Origin: Candidatus Latescibacterota bacterium
GTDB taxonomy: Bacteria > Latescibacterota > UBA2968 > SICM01
DNA length: 64,000 nucleotides
NCBI GenBank assembly: GCA_965217865.1
Contig: CBDCJO010000002.1
Coordinates: 3,840,001 to 3,904,000, forward strand
Direction: 5' to 3'
Notes under the pieces: generated by a model
What the model saw: the letters and a program-made list of their open reading frames with translations, nothing else
Told to the model about the DNA's origin: nothing
Databases searched by the model: none
Shown here: piece after piece, positions 19,769-29,893 of the stretch
How the letters are laid out: the number at the start of each line of letters is the position of its first letter
Position numbering within the stretch: the first letter of the stretch is position 1
Translations under genes and position numbers: made by a program

Positions 19769-20944
19769 TCAGGCCGGCTGCTTCGCGTTGGGCGGGATGG
19801 AAAACAGGTTGCCAAACGCCCGGTCGAAGATGTCCTTCCAGTCGAACTGACGTGCGTAAGATCTCGCCAGGACGCTTCGTCTGTTCCACTCACGTTCGTT
19901 GGAGAGGATCTCTAGGATTGCGTCCCCGATGTCCTGAGGGGTGTAGTCCACCAACCGTGCACCTCCGTGTTCCGCCAGCTCACGGCTGTTGGGAGGCACT
20001 TCGGTCATCACGATGGGCAGTCCGGCCCCCAGGTAGACCTTGAGTTTTCCCGGGTCCGTCGTCCACGTAAAGGAAGCCTCCTCCGGATTATAGGTAGCCA
20101 CGGCCAGGGCTGATTCGGCTATGATTCTTTCGATTTCGACGTGGCTTTCGATAAACCCCAGGAAGCGCACGTGCCCACTCAGCTTGAGGGCTTCGGTCCG
20201 GGACCGAAGGTTTTCCTCGAAGGGGCCCCGGCCGATGATCGTGAGCGTGGCATCAGGGAGCGATTCGATCACCCTGGGGAGGGCCTCGATGACCTTCTGG
20301 ACTCCCATTCTTGGCACGAGGTGGCCGAGGAACACGATCTGCCTGCGCGCGAACGAGCCGGGCTCAGAGGACGGGACGCGATCCAGCCATATGCCCATGG
20401 GGACCACCTGGCGGGGTGCCGGGTTTATCACGCCCAAGACGCGGATGCGCTCCTTCTGCATGGCCTGAGATAGGCTCCATATTTGATCCGCCCGGCAGCA
20501 GCAGAGCTGATCGACCCGGTCGTATATACCGGTGACCCACGTGTCCTGCCCGAAGCGGCCCGGGGTGAAGTCCACGCAGTAGTAGATCACCTGTTTTGTC
20601 CTCTGCATCCGCCTTAGGAGGAGCCCCTTCAGGCAGTTGAGGTTATTGAATCCGAACCAGAGGTCCACGAAGGCTTCGGGTAGGTGGGGCACCACCATGT
20701 CGATCGGATAGGTCGCGGGGGGGCGGAAAGGCAGCCGCATGGACCGGGAGCTTCGCAGAGTTCCCCGCTCCCAGCGGTCGATTCGATGGGAGACATCTCC
20801 CTCCTTGACCAGAGGGTGGGTGATCGTTATGATACTTCTTGCCCTGTAGTCGTTCAGATACTTCAGGAGATTCTGGGCAGGGCCGTCCGCATAGCCGTGC
20901 CAGGCGACGGCGAAAGTCATTTCACTTATTTTACGGTCTAGCAT
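19769..20944 (-). CDS. GT4-family glycosyltransferase
   Basis: 'FLGHLVPRMG', 'IIGRGP', 'VRFLGFI', 'DPGKLKVYLGAGLPIV'. Start at 20944 or 20920. Confidence 0.88.
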   Translation of the reverse strand: MLDRKISEMTFAVAWHGYADGPAQNLLKYLNDYRARSIITITHPLVKEGDVSHRIDRWERGTLRSSRSMRLPFRPPATYPIDMVVPHLPEAFVDLWFGFNNLNCLKGLLLRRMQRTKQVIYYCVDFTPGRFGQDTWVTGIYDRVDQLCCCRADQIWSLSQAMQKERIRVLGVINPAPRQVVPMGIWLDRVPSSEPGSFARRQIVFLGHLVPRMGVQKVIEALPRVIESLPDATLTIIGRGPFEENLRSRTEALKLSGHVRFLGFIESHVEIERIIAESALAVATYNPEEASFTWTTDPGKLKVYLGAGLPIVMTEVPPNSRELAEHGGARLVDYTPQDIGDAILEILSNEREWNRRSVLARSYARQFDWKDIFDRAFGNLFSIPPNAKQPA

Positions 20945-20950
20945 TGGGGC

Positions 20951-22033
20951 ATGTCCGAGAAGGCGAATATATCCCTGAGTGTGATTATTCCCGTGTATAA
21001 CGAGCCTGCATGGATCACACGGTCTGTATCTTCCGTTCTGGAGGCGATTTTGCAGGCGGAGATAGAGGAGTTCGAGATCCTGGTTGTAGATGACGGGTCA
21101 ACGGACAGCACCACAGAGGTGCTGGACGGGCTGAAAAGGCGGGATTCCAGAATTCGCATTTTCGCACAGCCTAACAAGGGTCGATTTCTGGCGCGTCTCA
21201 GGGGCGTCAGGGAGGCGCAGTATCCGTATCTCCTGCTGACCGATTCGCGGGTGACGCTCTCTCCGAGTTCCCTGAGATTCGTCTGCCAAATGATTAGGGA
21301 GGATCCCTCGAGGTCCGTCTGGAATGCCCACTGCTTCATCGAGCAGCAGGGAAATCCCTACGCCCGATTCTGGAATGTTCTGACGGAGATCGCGTTCGCG
21401 GACTACTTCTCGAATCCGAGGACGACATCTTTCGGGCCAGAGAAATTCGATCGTTTTCCAAAGGGCACCACGTGTTTCCTGGTTCCGAGGGAGACCTGGG
21501 AGGACGCGACGGCACATTTCGATTCCCTTTACAGCTCCCTGGAACACGCCAACGACGACACGACTCTGATTCGCTGGATCGCCCAGCGGAGCCGCATACA
21601 GATCAGTCCCGAGTTCAGCTGTGCGTATTGCTCACGCACGACGTTCAGACAGTTTGTGGACCACATCTTCCACAGGGGGTTGGTATTCGTAGACGGGTAT
21701 CGTTCTCCCCGAACCCGATTCTTCCCCATACTCGCGGGATTCTACCCCATCAGCATCCTATTCCTGATCGCCGCGATGAGAATGCCTCTGCTGTTCCCTG
21801 TGACTCTGGCATTCCTGAGCGCGACAGGGGTGGGCATTGCCTCAGCTTATAGCAGGTCTCCCACGGACAGGGCCACGTTCGGCACGCTCGTGCCGGTGTA
21901 TGCCGTGTTCTTCGGGATGGGTCTTTGGGCGGGGTTGTTCCTGGGAATCAGGGATAAACTGCGGAGGTCGGCCGAGCGGCTTTCCGGAAGCGACGACGGG
22001 GGATCCGCCACCGATTCGACCCACGGAAACTGA
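20951..22033 (+). CDS. GT2-family glycosyltransferase with C-terminal TM helices
   Basis: 'SVIIPVYNE', 'VVDDGSTD', 'NKGRFLAR'. Confidence 0.88.
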   Translation: MSEKANISLSVIIPVYNEPAWITRSVSSVLEAILQAEIEEFEILVVDDGSTDSTTEVLDGLKRRDSRIRIFAQPNKGRFLARLRGVREAQYPYLLLTDSRVTLSPSSLRFVCQMIREDPSRSVWNAHCFIEQQGNPYARFWNVLTEIAFADYFSNPRTTSFGPEKFDRFPKGTTCFLVPRETWEDATAHFDSLYSSLEHANDDTTLIRWIAQRSRIQISPEFSCAYCSRTTFRQFVDHIFHRGLVFVDGYRSPRTRFFPILAGFYPISILFLIAAMRMPLLFPVTLAFLSATGVGIASAYSRSPTDRATFGTLVPVYAVFFGMGLWAGLFLGIRDKLRRSAERLSGSDDGGSATDSTHGN

Positions 22034-22307
22034 GTCCGAGGGTCTAATCCAGATTCCCGGAGCAACAGCAGATGCATTCCAGTCCAGGGGGCAAGGGGAG
22101 CCGGATGGAGGAATAATTAATATAGTTTCTTTTTGAAGGCCTGACAATGTCTAAATTCCCTGAGTTCCCCCCACACGTCCCGAGGTGCCGGACTTCAGCA
22201 GATGGAAAGAACCCTTTTTGGACCCTGATTCAGGATGTTCAGGTTTCTCGTAGGGCAGAAGTCCTGTGCGGTATGATCGTTCCGCGTAAGGTTGGTTGGC
22301 AATGGCA

Positions 22308-24791
22308 ATGAGAGACCGCCTTTCAAGAAAGGCCCGCAGGCTTTCGGTTCCACAGAAGGCCGGGAGAATAGGGTCCGTCCCAAAAGCCCCCTGGGTGGCC
22401 GGCCTGTATCTGCTGCTGACGTTGTGCGCGACCTATCCGCTCGTGCTCAACCCGTCACAGAGTGTATACAGCCCGGGCGATCATATCTCGACCGATATCT
22501 ACAGCGCGATGGCGATAAACCTCTGGTGGCCAAAGCATGCGATATGGGAGCTGGGTTCCTCCGTGACGAAAAACGGCCTCCTCTGCGCCCCTTATGGCCA
22601 GTCGCTTATGTTACCCTCTCTGATCGGCATCGCGATGCTCCCGATCACCCTGCTGGCCGGTCCCGTGGTGGTTTCGAATCTCCTTACGTGGGCGGGTTAT
22701 TTTTTCTCGGCTTTTTTCACATACCTGCTTGTGTTTCACATCACACGCCAGAGACTGGCGAGCATAATGGCTGGGGTGATCTTTGCCTTCTGCCCTTACA
22801 TGCTGCTCAGGGGATACACGACTTACGATACGATACAGACTCAGTGGATCCCTCTGTATGTGCTCTCCCTGTTGAAATTTGACGAAGAGCGGTCGTGGCG
22901 GCATGCGGGACTGATCGTCGTTTCTCTCGTCGGTGCGCTTTTTCTCTCCTTCCCCTACTATTTCGTCTTCCTGCCTATTCTGACGGGGGTGTATCTTTTA
23001 TTTCGAATCGTCGTCCATTTTGGTCGCGCTGCCCCAAACTCGAACCTGAGGCCGTTGTTTTCGGAACTGATCCATCTCCAAGACCTTGCAAAACTGCTAC
23101 TTGCGGCAGGGGTTGTGTTAACGCTCTTCACCATCCATTATCGTTTTGGAATACAGCCCCCCACAGATCTCCCAAGGGCCGAGGCCGCAGTGCCCGGGGT
23201 TCGCAACATCGAGCAGCAGTGGGAGCTGCGGATGGCAACGAAGGACTATTTTATACCGCTTCCCCAAAGCACAGTTTTTGGGAATTGGGTAAAAGACTAT
23301 TGGGATGATGTATATTCCGATGAACGCCGGAACTCAATCAATTCGGCTGCCTTTGTGGGATATATTGCTCTGGCGTTTGCCGTGTACGGGCTTTATCGAC
23401 GACGGGATTGGAGGATGGTTTTCTTCGCAGTTATCGGGTTCCTGGCCTTCCTGACGACATTGGGTCCCTATCTTAAGATTGGGGGAATCGAAATCCCAAC
23501 CCCGGCGTGGTTGATGTTTCAATTTGCCTCATTCGTGAGAAGAATTAACGCGTACAAAGTTTACGTGCAGCTTGCGGTCTCAGTTCTGGCCGGGGTCGGA
23601 ATGGGGCTTGTGTTGAAGCGGTTTCAGGATCGATGGAGGCAGGGGCTCATGGCCGGGGGGGCCATCGTGTTCATAGGTTTGGAATATACGATCGTACCGC
23701 CTTTCATGAATACGGATGTGACGTTCACACCATCCGCTTACAAATGGCTTTCACAGATTCCGGACGACCCGGTGGTGCTGGAATATCCGATGCGAAAATC
23801 CTGGGGCGCGTATTACCAGGGTTATTACTACTATCAGATGGCCCATCGCAAGAGATTGTTCAACGGTCAGATCGGCAATTCTTATATTCCTTTGCGATAT
23901 CGGCCCTTTTGGGAGGACATGGAGGTTCCAGCGGCCATCGGGGATGAAAATAATCAAGCGCTGCTTAAGTTTTTTGGGGTTAAGTACGTTGTCAAACATT
24001 ATCGCGTGCAGTCCCGAACGGCGATTCTCCGATCCCTCCCCCAGCCTGATTTTGACGCTTTGAATGGGCTTAAGCTGGCGTATGGATCCTCGGACTTCCG
24101 GAGAGAGTATCGGGAGTTCTCCCCGGGGTTCATATATCGCAATCTCAAGTTGATGGTCACGGATGTGCGAACCCTCGACCATCCACACGATTACATTTGG
24201 ACCGACGTCTTCGAGGTTGTGGCCGACCCTGCCAGTGTGATGCTCACGTGGGATTACCGGAGCCCTTATCCCTCGTCGTCGAAAGCATCCGAATACTTTG
24301 AGGTGAATCTGACCGAAGAAGAAAAAAATTTCTATCCCCCCACCATGATGTTCTTCGACGGAAAGGAGTGGCTTTCCATCCTGGGAATAGACAATGCCCA
24401 ATCTCTTCGGGAGCAGTCGGGCAACCTCAAAGTCCCCCTCGATCTTCGTCCCTGGAGGATGATGAAAAACGACGGGAAGATGAAGGCCCTCAATCTGATT
24501 GATCGGGAGGTTCACTTTGATATCCACTTCGAAGCCGTCAGCTTTGACGGGCCTCGTCGGGTAGAGGTTTGGGTAGGAGAATCGGGTTCCACGGAACGGC
24601 TCCTTGGAGAGTTTCCGGTTGAAACCAGATCCGGAACCATCGAACTTCGAGACATGAAACTTGGGCCGGATCAAAAGATGGATTTCAGGTTCCACGCCTT
24701 CGGGGAGCCTTCTCAGTTGAAGGATGACAAAGGCGGTGTCCGAGAGGTGACGGTGGGCTTCCATAATTTTCGGGTTATTCCAAGGAATTGA
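22308..24791 (+). CDS. Polytopic membrane protein, YfhO/GT-C-like glycosyltransferase
   Basis: Many TM helices, 'AGVIFAFCPY', 'TLGP', 'AYKWL...VLEYP', 'YYQMAHRKRLFNG', 'GVKYVVKH'. Start approximate. Confidence 0.7.
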   Translation: MRDRLSRKARRLSVPQKAGRIGSVPKAPWVAGLYLLLTLCATYPLVLNPSQSVYSPGDHISTDIYSAMAINLWWPKHAIWELGSSVTKNGLLCAPYGQSLMLPSLIGIAMLPITLLAGPVVVSNLLTWAGYFFSAFFTYLLVFHITRQRLASIMAGVIFAFCPYMLLRGYTTYDTIQTQWIPLYVLSLLKFDEERSWRHAGLIVVSLVGALFLSFPYYFVFLPILTGVYLLFRIVVHFGRAAPNSNLRPLFSELIHLQDLAKLLLAAGVVLTLFTIHYRFGIQPPTDLPRAEAAVPGVRNIEQQWELRMATKDYFIPLPQSTVFGNWVKDYWDDVYSDERRNSINSAAFVGYIALAFAVYGLYRRRDWRMVFFAVIGFLAFLTTLGPYLKIGGIEIPTPAWLMFQFASFVRRINAYKVYVQLAVSVLAGVGMGLVLKRFQDRWRQGLMAGGAIVFIGLEYTIVPPFMNTDVTFTPSAYKWLSQIPDDPVVLEYPMRKSWGAYYQGYYYYQMAHRKRLFNGQIGNSYIPLRYRPFWEDMEVPAAIGDENNQALLKFFGVKYVVKHYRVQSRTAILRSLPQPDFDALNGLKLAYGSSDFRREYREFSPGFIYRNLKLMVTDVRTLDHPHDYIWTDVFEVVADPASVMLTWDYRSPYPSSSKASEYFEVNLTEEEKNFYPPTMMFFDGKEWLSILGIDNAQSLREQSGNLKVPLDLRPWRMMKNDGKMKALNLIDREVHFDIHFEAVSFDGPRRVEVWVGESGSTERLLGEFPVETRSGTIELRDMKLGPDQKMDFRFHAFGEPSQLKDDKGGVREVTVGFHNFRVIPRN

Positions 24792-25753
24792 AGAGAATCG
24801 GCGATCAGACGGTGACAAAGTTATCCAAAATCCGAGAAATCGTGATTTGTCCTGCGTGTGGGTCAGACCTTGAAATCGCCGACTCGTCCGTGAAATGCGA
24901 GGGTTGCCAAAAGAGCTTTGCGTTGATCGATGGGGACATCGCCAGCCTGATCGGCCACCTGAATGAGGATGCGGAATTCTCAAGGGCCAAATGGGATGAG
25001 CGATATCTCGATTACGCGGTCGCACTTGAAGCCGAGAGGGATTATAAACGCTGGTATCTGGATGACACCAAACGGCAGGTGATGGAATTTGCGCCGAGCC
25101 TTTCCAACCGATCTGGAATCTATCTGGAGATCGGCTGCGGACTTGGTTTTTTGGGAGAGGAACTTGCGCGGGAAGGCTGGTTTTTCATAGGGATCGATTT
25201 CTCGATCAATTCCCTCAGGATGCTCAAGCAACGGTTAACCGATCGGGGAATTGATAACTATTTCCTTGTCCACGGAGATATCCTATCTTTACCGATACGG
25301 GACGATTCCCTGGACCTGGTGTATGGAGGCGGAGTGATCGAGCACTTCAAGAACACTCGATGCGTCCTTGCCCATATCTTCAGGGCATTAAAGACCGGAG
25401 GTGTTTCATTCAATACCGTCCCCTATTTTAATATCGGAAATCTTCTCTATCGCTCGTGTTGGGGCGGGATTCCCAACATCCCGGTATTAAGGCAACTTTC
25501 CGAGTTCGTCCATTTAAAACTTCTCGGCGGGAAGCACATGATCTTCGGCTATGAGCTTCAGTTTACGAGAGTTCAGCTTCGAACGTTGCATTCCGAGGTT
25601 GGCTTCAGAATTCCCAATGTCCTGGTGGACCGGTTTGACTGCCAGATTCAACTGGAGAAACTCGACGACGGTTTCCTTAAGACGTTCTTCAAAAATCTCT
25701 GCAGAAATCACAGGCAGTTCTGGCCGATGGTCAAAGTCGTTGGCGTAAAATAG
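24788..25753 (+). CDS. Class I SAM-dependent methyltransferase with N-terminal Trm112-like zinc ribbon
   Basis: 'CPAC...CEGC', 'LEIGCGLG', 'GIDFS', 'GDILSLP', 'GVIEH'. Confidence 0.88.
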   Translation: MKRIGDQTVTKLSKIREIVICPACGSDLEIADSSVKCEGCQKSFALIDGDIASLIGHLNEDAEFSRAKWDERYLDYAVALEAERDYKRWYLDDTKRQVMEFAPSLSNRSGIYLEIGCGLGFLGEELAREGWFFIGIDFSINSLRMLKQRLTDRGIDNYFLVHGDILSLPIRDDSLDLVYGGGVIEHFKNTRCVLAHIFRALKTGGVSFNTVPYFNIGNLLYRSCWGGIPNIPVLRQLSEFVHLKLLGGKHMIFGYELQFTRVQLRTLHSEVGFRIPNVLVDRFDCQIQLEKLDDGFLKTFFKNLCRNHRQFWPMVKVVGVK

Positions 25754-25768
25754 ATCCGGAGTTATCCG

Positions 25769-26374
25769 ATGAGCGAAGGGGTCTTCGTACATCCGACAAG
25801 CGAGGTGTCCTCTGAAGCCAGAATTGGTAGGGGAACAAAGGTATGGCAGCACTGCACAGTCCTTTCGGGTGCTGAAATCGGCGAGGGATGTCTTCTCTCG
25901 AAGAATGTTTATGTGGAAGGGCGCACGCACATCGGGAAAAACGTTAAGATCAAAAACAATGTGAGCGTTTATGAATGCGTCGAGCTGGAAGACGACGTAT
26001 TCGTGGGTCCAAGCGCTGTCTTCACGAACGTGACGACCCCTCGAAGTCACTGGCCCAGGAAGGATGAATTTATCCGGACCCTCGTAAAAAAAGGGGCTTC
26101 GATTGGTGCCAATGCCACCGTGCTGTGTGGAGTGACCATCGGTCGATACGGGATGATCGGGGCCGGCTCCGTGGTCACGCGAGATGTGCCCGACTTCGCC
26201 CTGGTGTATGGAACGCCAGCCGAACAACATGGCTGGGTTTGCCATTGTGGAGAATCGATCGATCCAATCCAGAACGAGAATACCTGCTTATGTGATCTTT
26301 GTGGGAGCACCTTTGAACTCCGTGCGAATCGATTGGTTGAAATCCAACTTTGCTTTGAAAAACGTGAATCGTGA
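25769..26374 (+). CDS. Hexapeptide-repeat sugar N-acetyltransferase (WbpD-like)
   Basis: Hexapeptide repeats, 'VFVGPSAVFTN', 'GASIGANAT', 'GWVCHCG...CDLC'. Confidence 0.9.
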   Translation: MSEGVFVHPTSEVSSEARIGRGTKVWQHCTVLSGAEIGEGCLLSKNVYVEGRTHIGKNVKIKNNVSVYECVELEDDVFVGPSAVFTNVTTPRSHWPRKDEFIRTLVKKGASIGANATVLCGVTIGRYGMIGAGSVVTRDVPDFALVYGTPAEQHGWVCHCGESIDPIQNENTCLCDLCGSTFELRANRLVEIQLCFEKRES

Positions 26375-26504
26375 GCCTCCTCAGGTGTCTGGACAAGCAT
26401 AAAAGCCATCGGAACCGAGGGAAGGGAAGAGATTCGTTGCCATCTGACACATCATTATCTATTATACACTTCTCCGATTCATATCATCCATAACAGGTCA
26501 TCAC

Positions 26505-27599
26505 ATGCCGATCCCCCTTATCGACTTGAAGGCCCAATACCGGTCAATTCAACATGAGATTGACCGGGCAATCAAGGATGTCATCGAAAGCACCTCCTTT
26601 GTCAGCGGAAAATTCGCAAGGGCCTTTGAAGCGTCTTTTTCGAGCTACTGCGGGGTTTCCTACGGGGTCGGGGCCAGTTCGGGGACGACGGCGCTTCACC
26701 TTGTGTTAGCAGCGATCGGGATCGGCAACGGGGATGAGGTGATAACCGTTCCGAACACCTTCACGGCTACTGCGGAGATGATCTCGATCACCGGGGCCAG
26801 GCCGGTATTCGTGGATGTTGAAGATGACACATTCAACATGGATCCCTCCAAATTGGAGGCTGCCATTACCCCCAAAACAAAGGCCATCGTGCCGGTACAC
26901 CTGTATGGGCAGATGGCTGACATGGACCGGATCACAAAGATCGCCGAGGGGCACGGCATTCCCGTTGTCGAGGACGGCGCGCAAGCCCACGGCGCCGAAT
27001 ACAGTGGGAAGCGCGCGGGTCAATTCAGTGCTGCAGCGGTCTACAGCTTTTACCCCGGAAAGATCCTGGGGGCGTACGGAGACGCCGGCATCGCCGTGAC
27101 CAACGATGAGGTCCTGTCCCAAAAGATGTCGATGCTCGCGAATCACGGAAGGGCCGGAAAGTACGAACACGAAGTCGCCGCCTTCAACTACCGGATCGAC
27201 GACCTGCAAGCGGCCATCCTGAACGTCAAACTGGGATATTTGAACGAATGGATAGAGCAGCGTCGGAGAAAAGCGGCCCTCTATAGCCGCATTCTTGAAG
27301 ATTCCGTCTTGACCCCGAAGGAGATGCCGTACGCCGTCCACGTTTACACATACTACGTTATCCGCACGAAAGGACGGGAGAGGCTCCAATCGGCCCTGAA
27401 TACGAAAGGGATCGAATCGATCATCCATTATCCCGTTCCGCTCCACCTACAACCCGCTTATCGCCATCTTGGCTACGGGAAGGGGGATTTTAAGGTTGCT
27501 GAGAATCAGGCGGAGGAGATTCTATCCCTCCCCCTCTACCCCGAGCTGGAGGAAAGCCAGATCAGGGAGGTGGCTGAGGTGGTGTGGAACAACACGTGA
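26505..27599 (+). CDS. DegT/DnrJ/EryC1/StrS-family sugar aminotransferase
   Basis: 'IPLIDLKAQY', 'VHLYGQ', 'EDGAQAHGA', 'SFYPGK', 'IHYPVPLHLQPAY'. Confidence 0.93.
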   Translation: MPIPLIDLKAQYRSIQHEIDRAIKDVIESTSFVSGKFARAFEASFSSYCGVSYGVGASSGTTALHLVLAAIGIGNGDEVITVPNTFTATAEMISITGARPVFVDVEDDTFNMDPSKLEAAITPKTKAIVPVHLYGQMADMDRITKIAEGHGIPVVEDGAQAHGAEYSGKRAGQFSAAAVYSFYPGKILGAYGDAGIAVTNDEVLSQKMSMLANHGRAGKYEHEVAAFNYRIDDLQAAILNVKLGYLNEWIEQRRRKAALYSRILEDSVLTPKEMPYAVHVYTYYVIRTKGRERLQSALNTKGIESIIHYPVPLHLQPAYRHLGYGKGDFKVAENQAEEILSLPLYPELEESQIREVAEVVWNNT

Positions 27600-27646
27600 A
27601 ACAGCACGTCTGCGATCCCTAGTTTTTTCGCAGAACCCAGGAGGAC

Positions 27647-28891
27647 ATGATGACATTTGTTCCGAAGGTCCCGGATGATGGACAGCGTATCACGATGAAG
27701 GACGGAAAGCTTGCGACCCCCGATCAGCCGGTCATCCCATTTATTGAGGGAGACGGTACGGGTCCGGACATCTGGCGGGCGGCCTCCCGAGTTATGGAGG
27801 GGGCCGTCGAAAAGGCCTATGACGGGGAGAAGAGGATCGCGTGGATGGAGGTCCTTGCGGGGGAAAAGGCCTTCAACGCCGTTGGGAGCTGGCTTCCGGA
27901 TGCGACAGTCGATGCGTTTCGGGAGTTTCTCGTGGGCATCAAGGGCCCCCTGACCACGCCGGTGGGCGGGGGCATCAGGAGCCTGAACGTGGCCCTTCGG
28001 CAGACCCTGGACCTATATGTATGCCTTCGTCCGGTCCGCTGGTTTCAGGGTGTGCCGAGCCCGGTCAGGCACCCGGAGAAGGTGGATATGGTTATCTTCC
28101 GGGAGAACACTGAGGACATCTACGCCGGGATTGAATGGGAGGCGAAGACCCCGGAAGTTCGGCAGGTGATTGCCTGGCTCCGCGACCAGATGGGCATCAA
28201 AAAGATCCGTTTTCCGGAGACGTCGGGCATCGGAATCAAGCCGGTGTCCGAGGAAGGAAGCAAGCGGCTTATCCGGGCGGCCATCGAGTACGCCATTCGA
28301 CTGGGTAGAAAGAGCGTGACCCTTGTTCATAAGGGAAATATCATGAAGTTCACGGAAGGGGCTTTTCGGGGGTGGGGCTACGAACTGGCCAAACAGGAAT
28401 ATGATGGGAAGGTGGTTTCGTGGGACGAGTGTCTCGGAAACGTTCCAGAAGGAAAGGTCCTGATCAAGGACGCCATCGCAGACATCTTCCTGCAGCAGAT
28501 CTTGACGCGTCCCGATGAATTCGACGTGGTGGCGACCATGAATCTGAACGGGGATTACTGCTCTGACGCACTGGCGGCCCAGGTGGGCGGGATCGGGATC
28601 GCTCCTGGGGGAAATATCAATTATATTACAGGCCACGCCGTGTTCGAAGCCACGCACGGGACGGCACCGAAGTACGCCGGACAGGACAAGGTTAACCCGG
28701 GCTCCGTTCTTCTGTCCGGGGAGATGATGTTCCGTTACCTGGGTTGGGATGAGGCGGCGGACCTGATCGTGTCGGGTCTCGAGAAGACGATTTCGAGCAG
28801 AGTGGTCACCTATGATTTCGCGAGGCTGATGGAGGGACCCGAAGAGGTGAAGTGCTCCGAGTTCGCCGATGCGATCATCCGGAATATGTGA
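27647..28891 (+). CDS. icd: NADP-dependent isocitrate dehydrogenase
   Basis: '[10 protein letters not shown]', '[21 protein letters not shown]', '[12 protein letters not shown]', '[12 protein letters not shown]'. Confidence 0.98.
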   Translation: MMTFVPKVPDDGQRITMKDGKLATPDQPVIPFIEGDGTGPDIWRAASRVMEGAVEKAYDGEKRIAWMEVLAGEKAFNAVGSWLPDATVDAFREFLVGIKGPLTTPVGGGIRSLNVALRQTLDLYVCLRPVRWFQGVPSPVRHPEKVDMVIFRENTEDIYAGIEWEAKTPEVRQVIAWLRDQMGIKKIRFPETSGIGIKPVSEEGSKRLIRAAIEYAIRLGRKSVTLVHKGNIMKFTEGAFRGWGYELAKQEYDGKVVSWDECLGNVPEGKVLIKDAIADIFLQQILTRPDEFDVVATMNLNGDYCSDALAAQVGGIGIAPGGNINYITGHAVFEATHGTAPKYAGQDKVNPGSVLLSGEMMFRYLGWDEAADLIVSGLEKTISSRVVTYDFARLMEGPEEVKCSEFADAIIRNM

Positions 28892-28945
28892 AGTTGTGTC
28901 GTCCGGAGGAGAATCCGTGGATTTCCTAATGGGTGGGATAAGTCC

Positions 28946-29893
28946 GTGAAGATTTTGGTGACAGGGGGGGCGGGGTTTATCGGTTCGCACGTCGTGGATG
29001 CCTGCCTTTCGGCGGGTCACGAGGTCGTCGTTCTGGACGATCTTTCCCGGGGGGAGAGGCGGAACCTGAACGCCGGGGCCAGATTTTATGAGATCGATGT
29101 GTGCGACCCCGAAGCGAGAAAAATCATCCAAGAGGAGAAACCGGACATCCTCAGCCACCACGCCGCCCAGATGAGCGTTACGGACTCGGTTAAGGACCCG
29201 ATGCACGATGCACGAGTCAATATCCTGGGAACGATCAACCTCCTGGAGGCTTCGGCTGCCGTGGGAACTCAAAAAGTCATCTTTGCATCGTCGGGGGGGG
29301 CGATCTATGGAGAGGTCAGGGAGGCGCCCGTTGACGAAAATTCCACCACGGTCCCGATCTCCCCATACGCTGTTTCCAAGATCGCGGGGGAATGCTATCT
29401 TGGATACTTCAGGAGACAGCACGGACTTCGCTATACCATTCTCCGCTATGCAAATGTTTACGGCCCCAGGCAGAATCCATTCGGCGAAGCGGGTGTGGTT
29501 GCGGTTTTCTCCACAAGCATGCTTTCCGGTAAACCGCCCAGGGTCAATGCAGCCAGGGAGGTGGGCGACCCTGGAGATATCCGGGACTATGTCCACGTGG
29601 ATGATGTGGTGCACGCAAACCTGCTGGCGATAAAGGCGGGGGACGACGATGTCTTCAACATTGCCACGGGTCTGGAGACGACCACGGAAGACTTGTTTCA
29701 TCAAGTGGCCAAGGCGGTGGAATTTCAGGATCCACCGGAATACGGGCCACCCCGCCCCGGGGACCTCCTCCGGAGTGTCCTTTCCCCCCGGAAGGCCGAG
29801 CAGGTGCTCGGGTGGAGGCCGAAGACAGCCCTCAGTGAGGGCATTCGGAAGACGGTCGAGTACTTTCAACAGGACGGCAGAGATGTCTCCTAA
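28946..29893 (+). CDS. NAD-dependent epimerase/dehydratase (UDP-glucose 4-epimerase-like)
   Basis: 'TGGAGFIGS', 'SSGGAIYG', YxxxK 'YAVSK', 'NVYGPRQ..GEAGVV'. Confidence 0.93.
   Translation: MKILVTGGAGFIGSHVVDACLSAGHEVVVLDDLSRGERRNLNAGARFYEIDVCDPEARKIIQEEKPDILSHHAAQMSVTDSVKDPMHDARVNILGTINLLEASAAVGTQKVIFASSGGAIYGEVREAPVDENSTTVPISPYAVSKIAGECYLGYFRRQHGLRYTILRYANVYGPRQNPFGEAGVVAVFSTSMLSGKPPRVNAAREVGDPGDIRDYVHVDDVVHANLLAIKAGDDDVFNIATGLETTTEDLFHQVAKAVEFQDPPEYGPPRPGDLLRSVLSPRKAEQVLGWRPKTALSEGIRKTVEYFQQDGRDVS

Noticed and set aside
28013-29869. Long antisense ORFs (618 aa here; also 23751-25025, 33435-34724, 59156-60442)
   Set aside because: Shadow ORFs opposite well-supported genes in GC-rich DNA, with no motifs.
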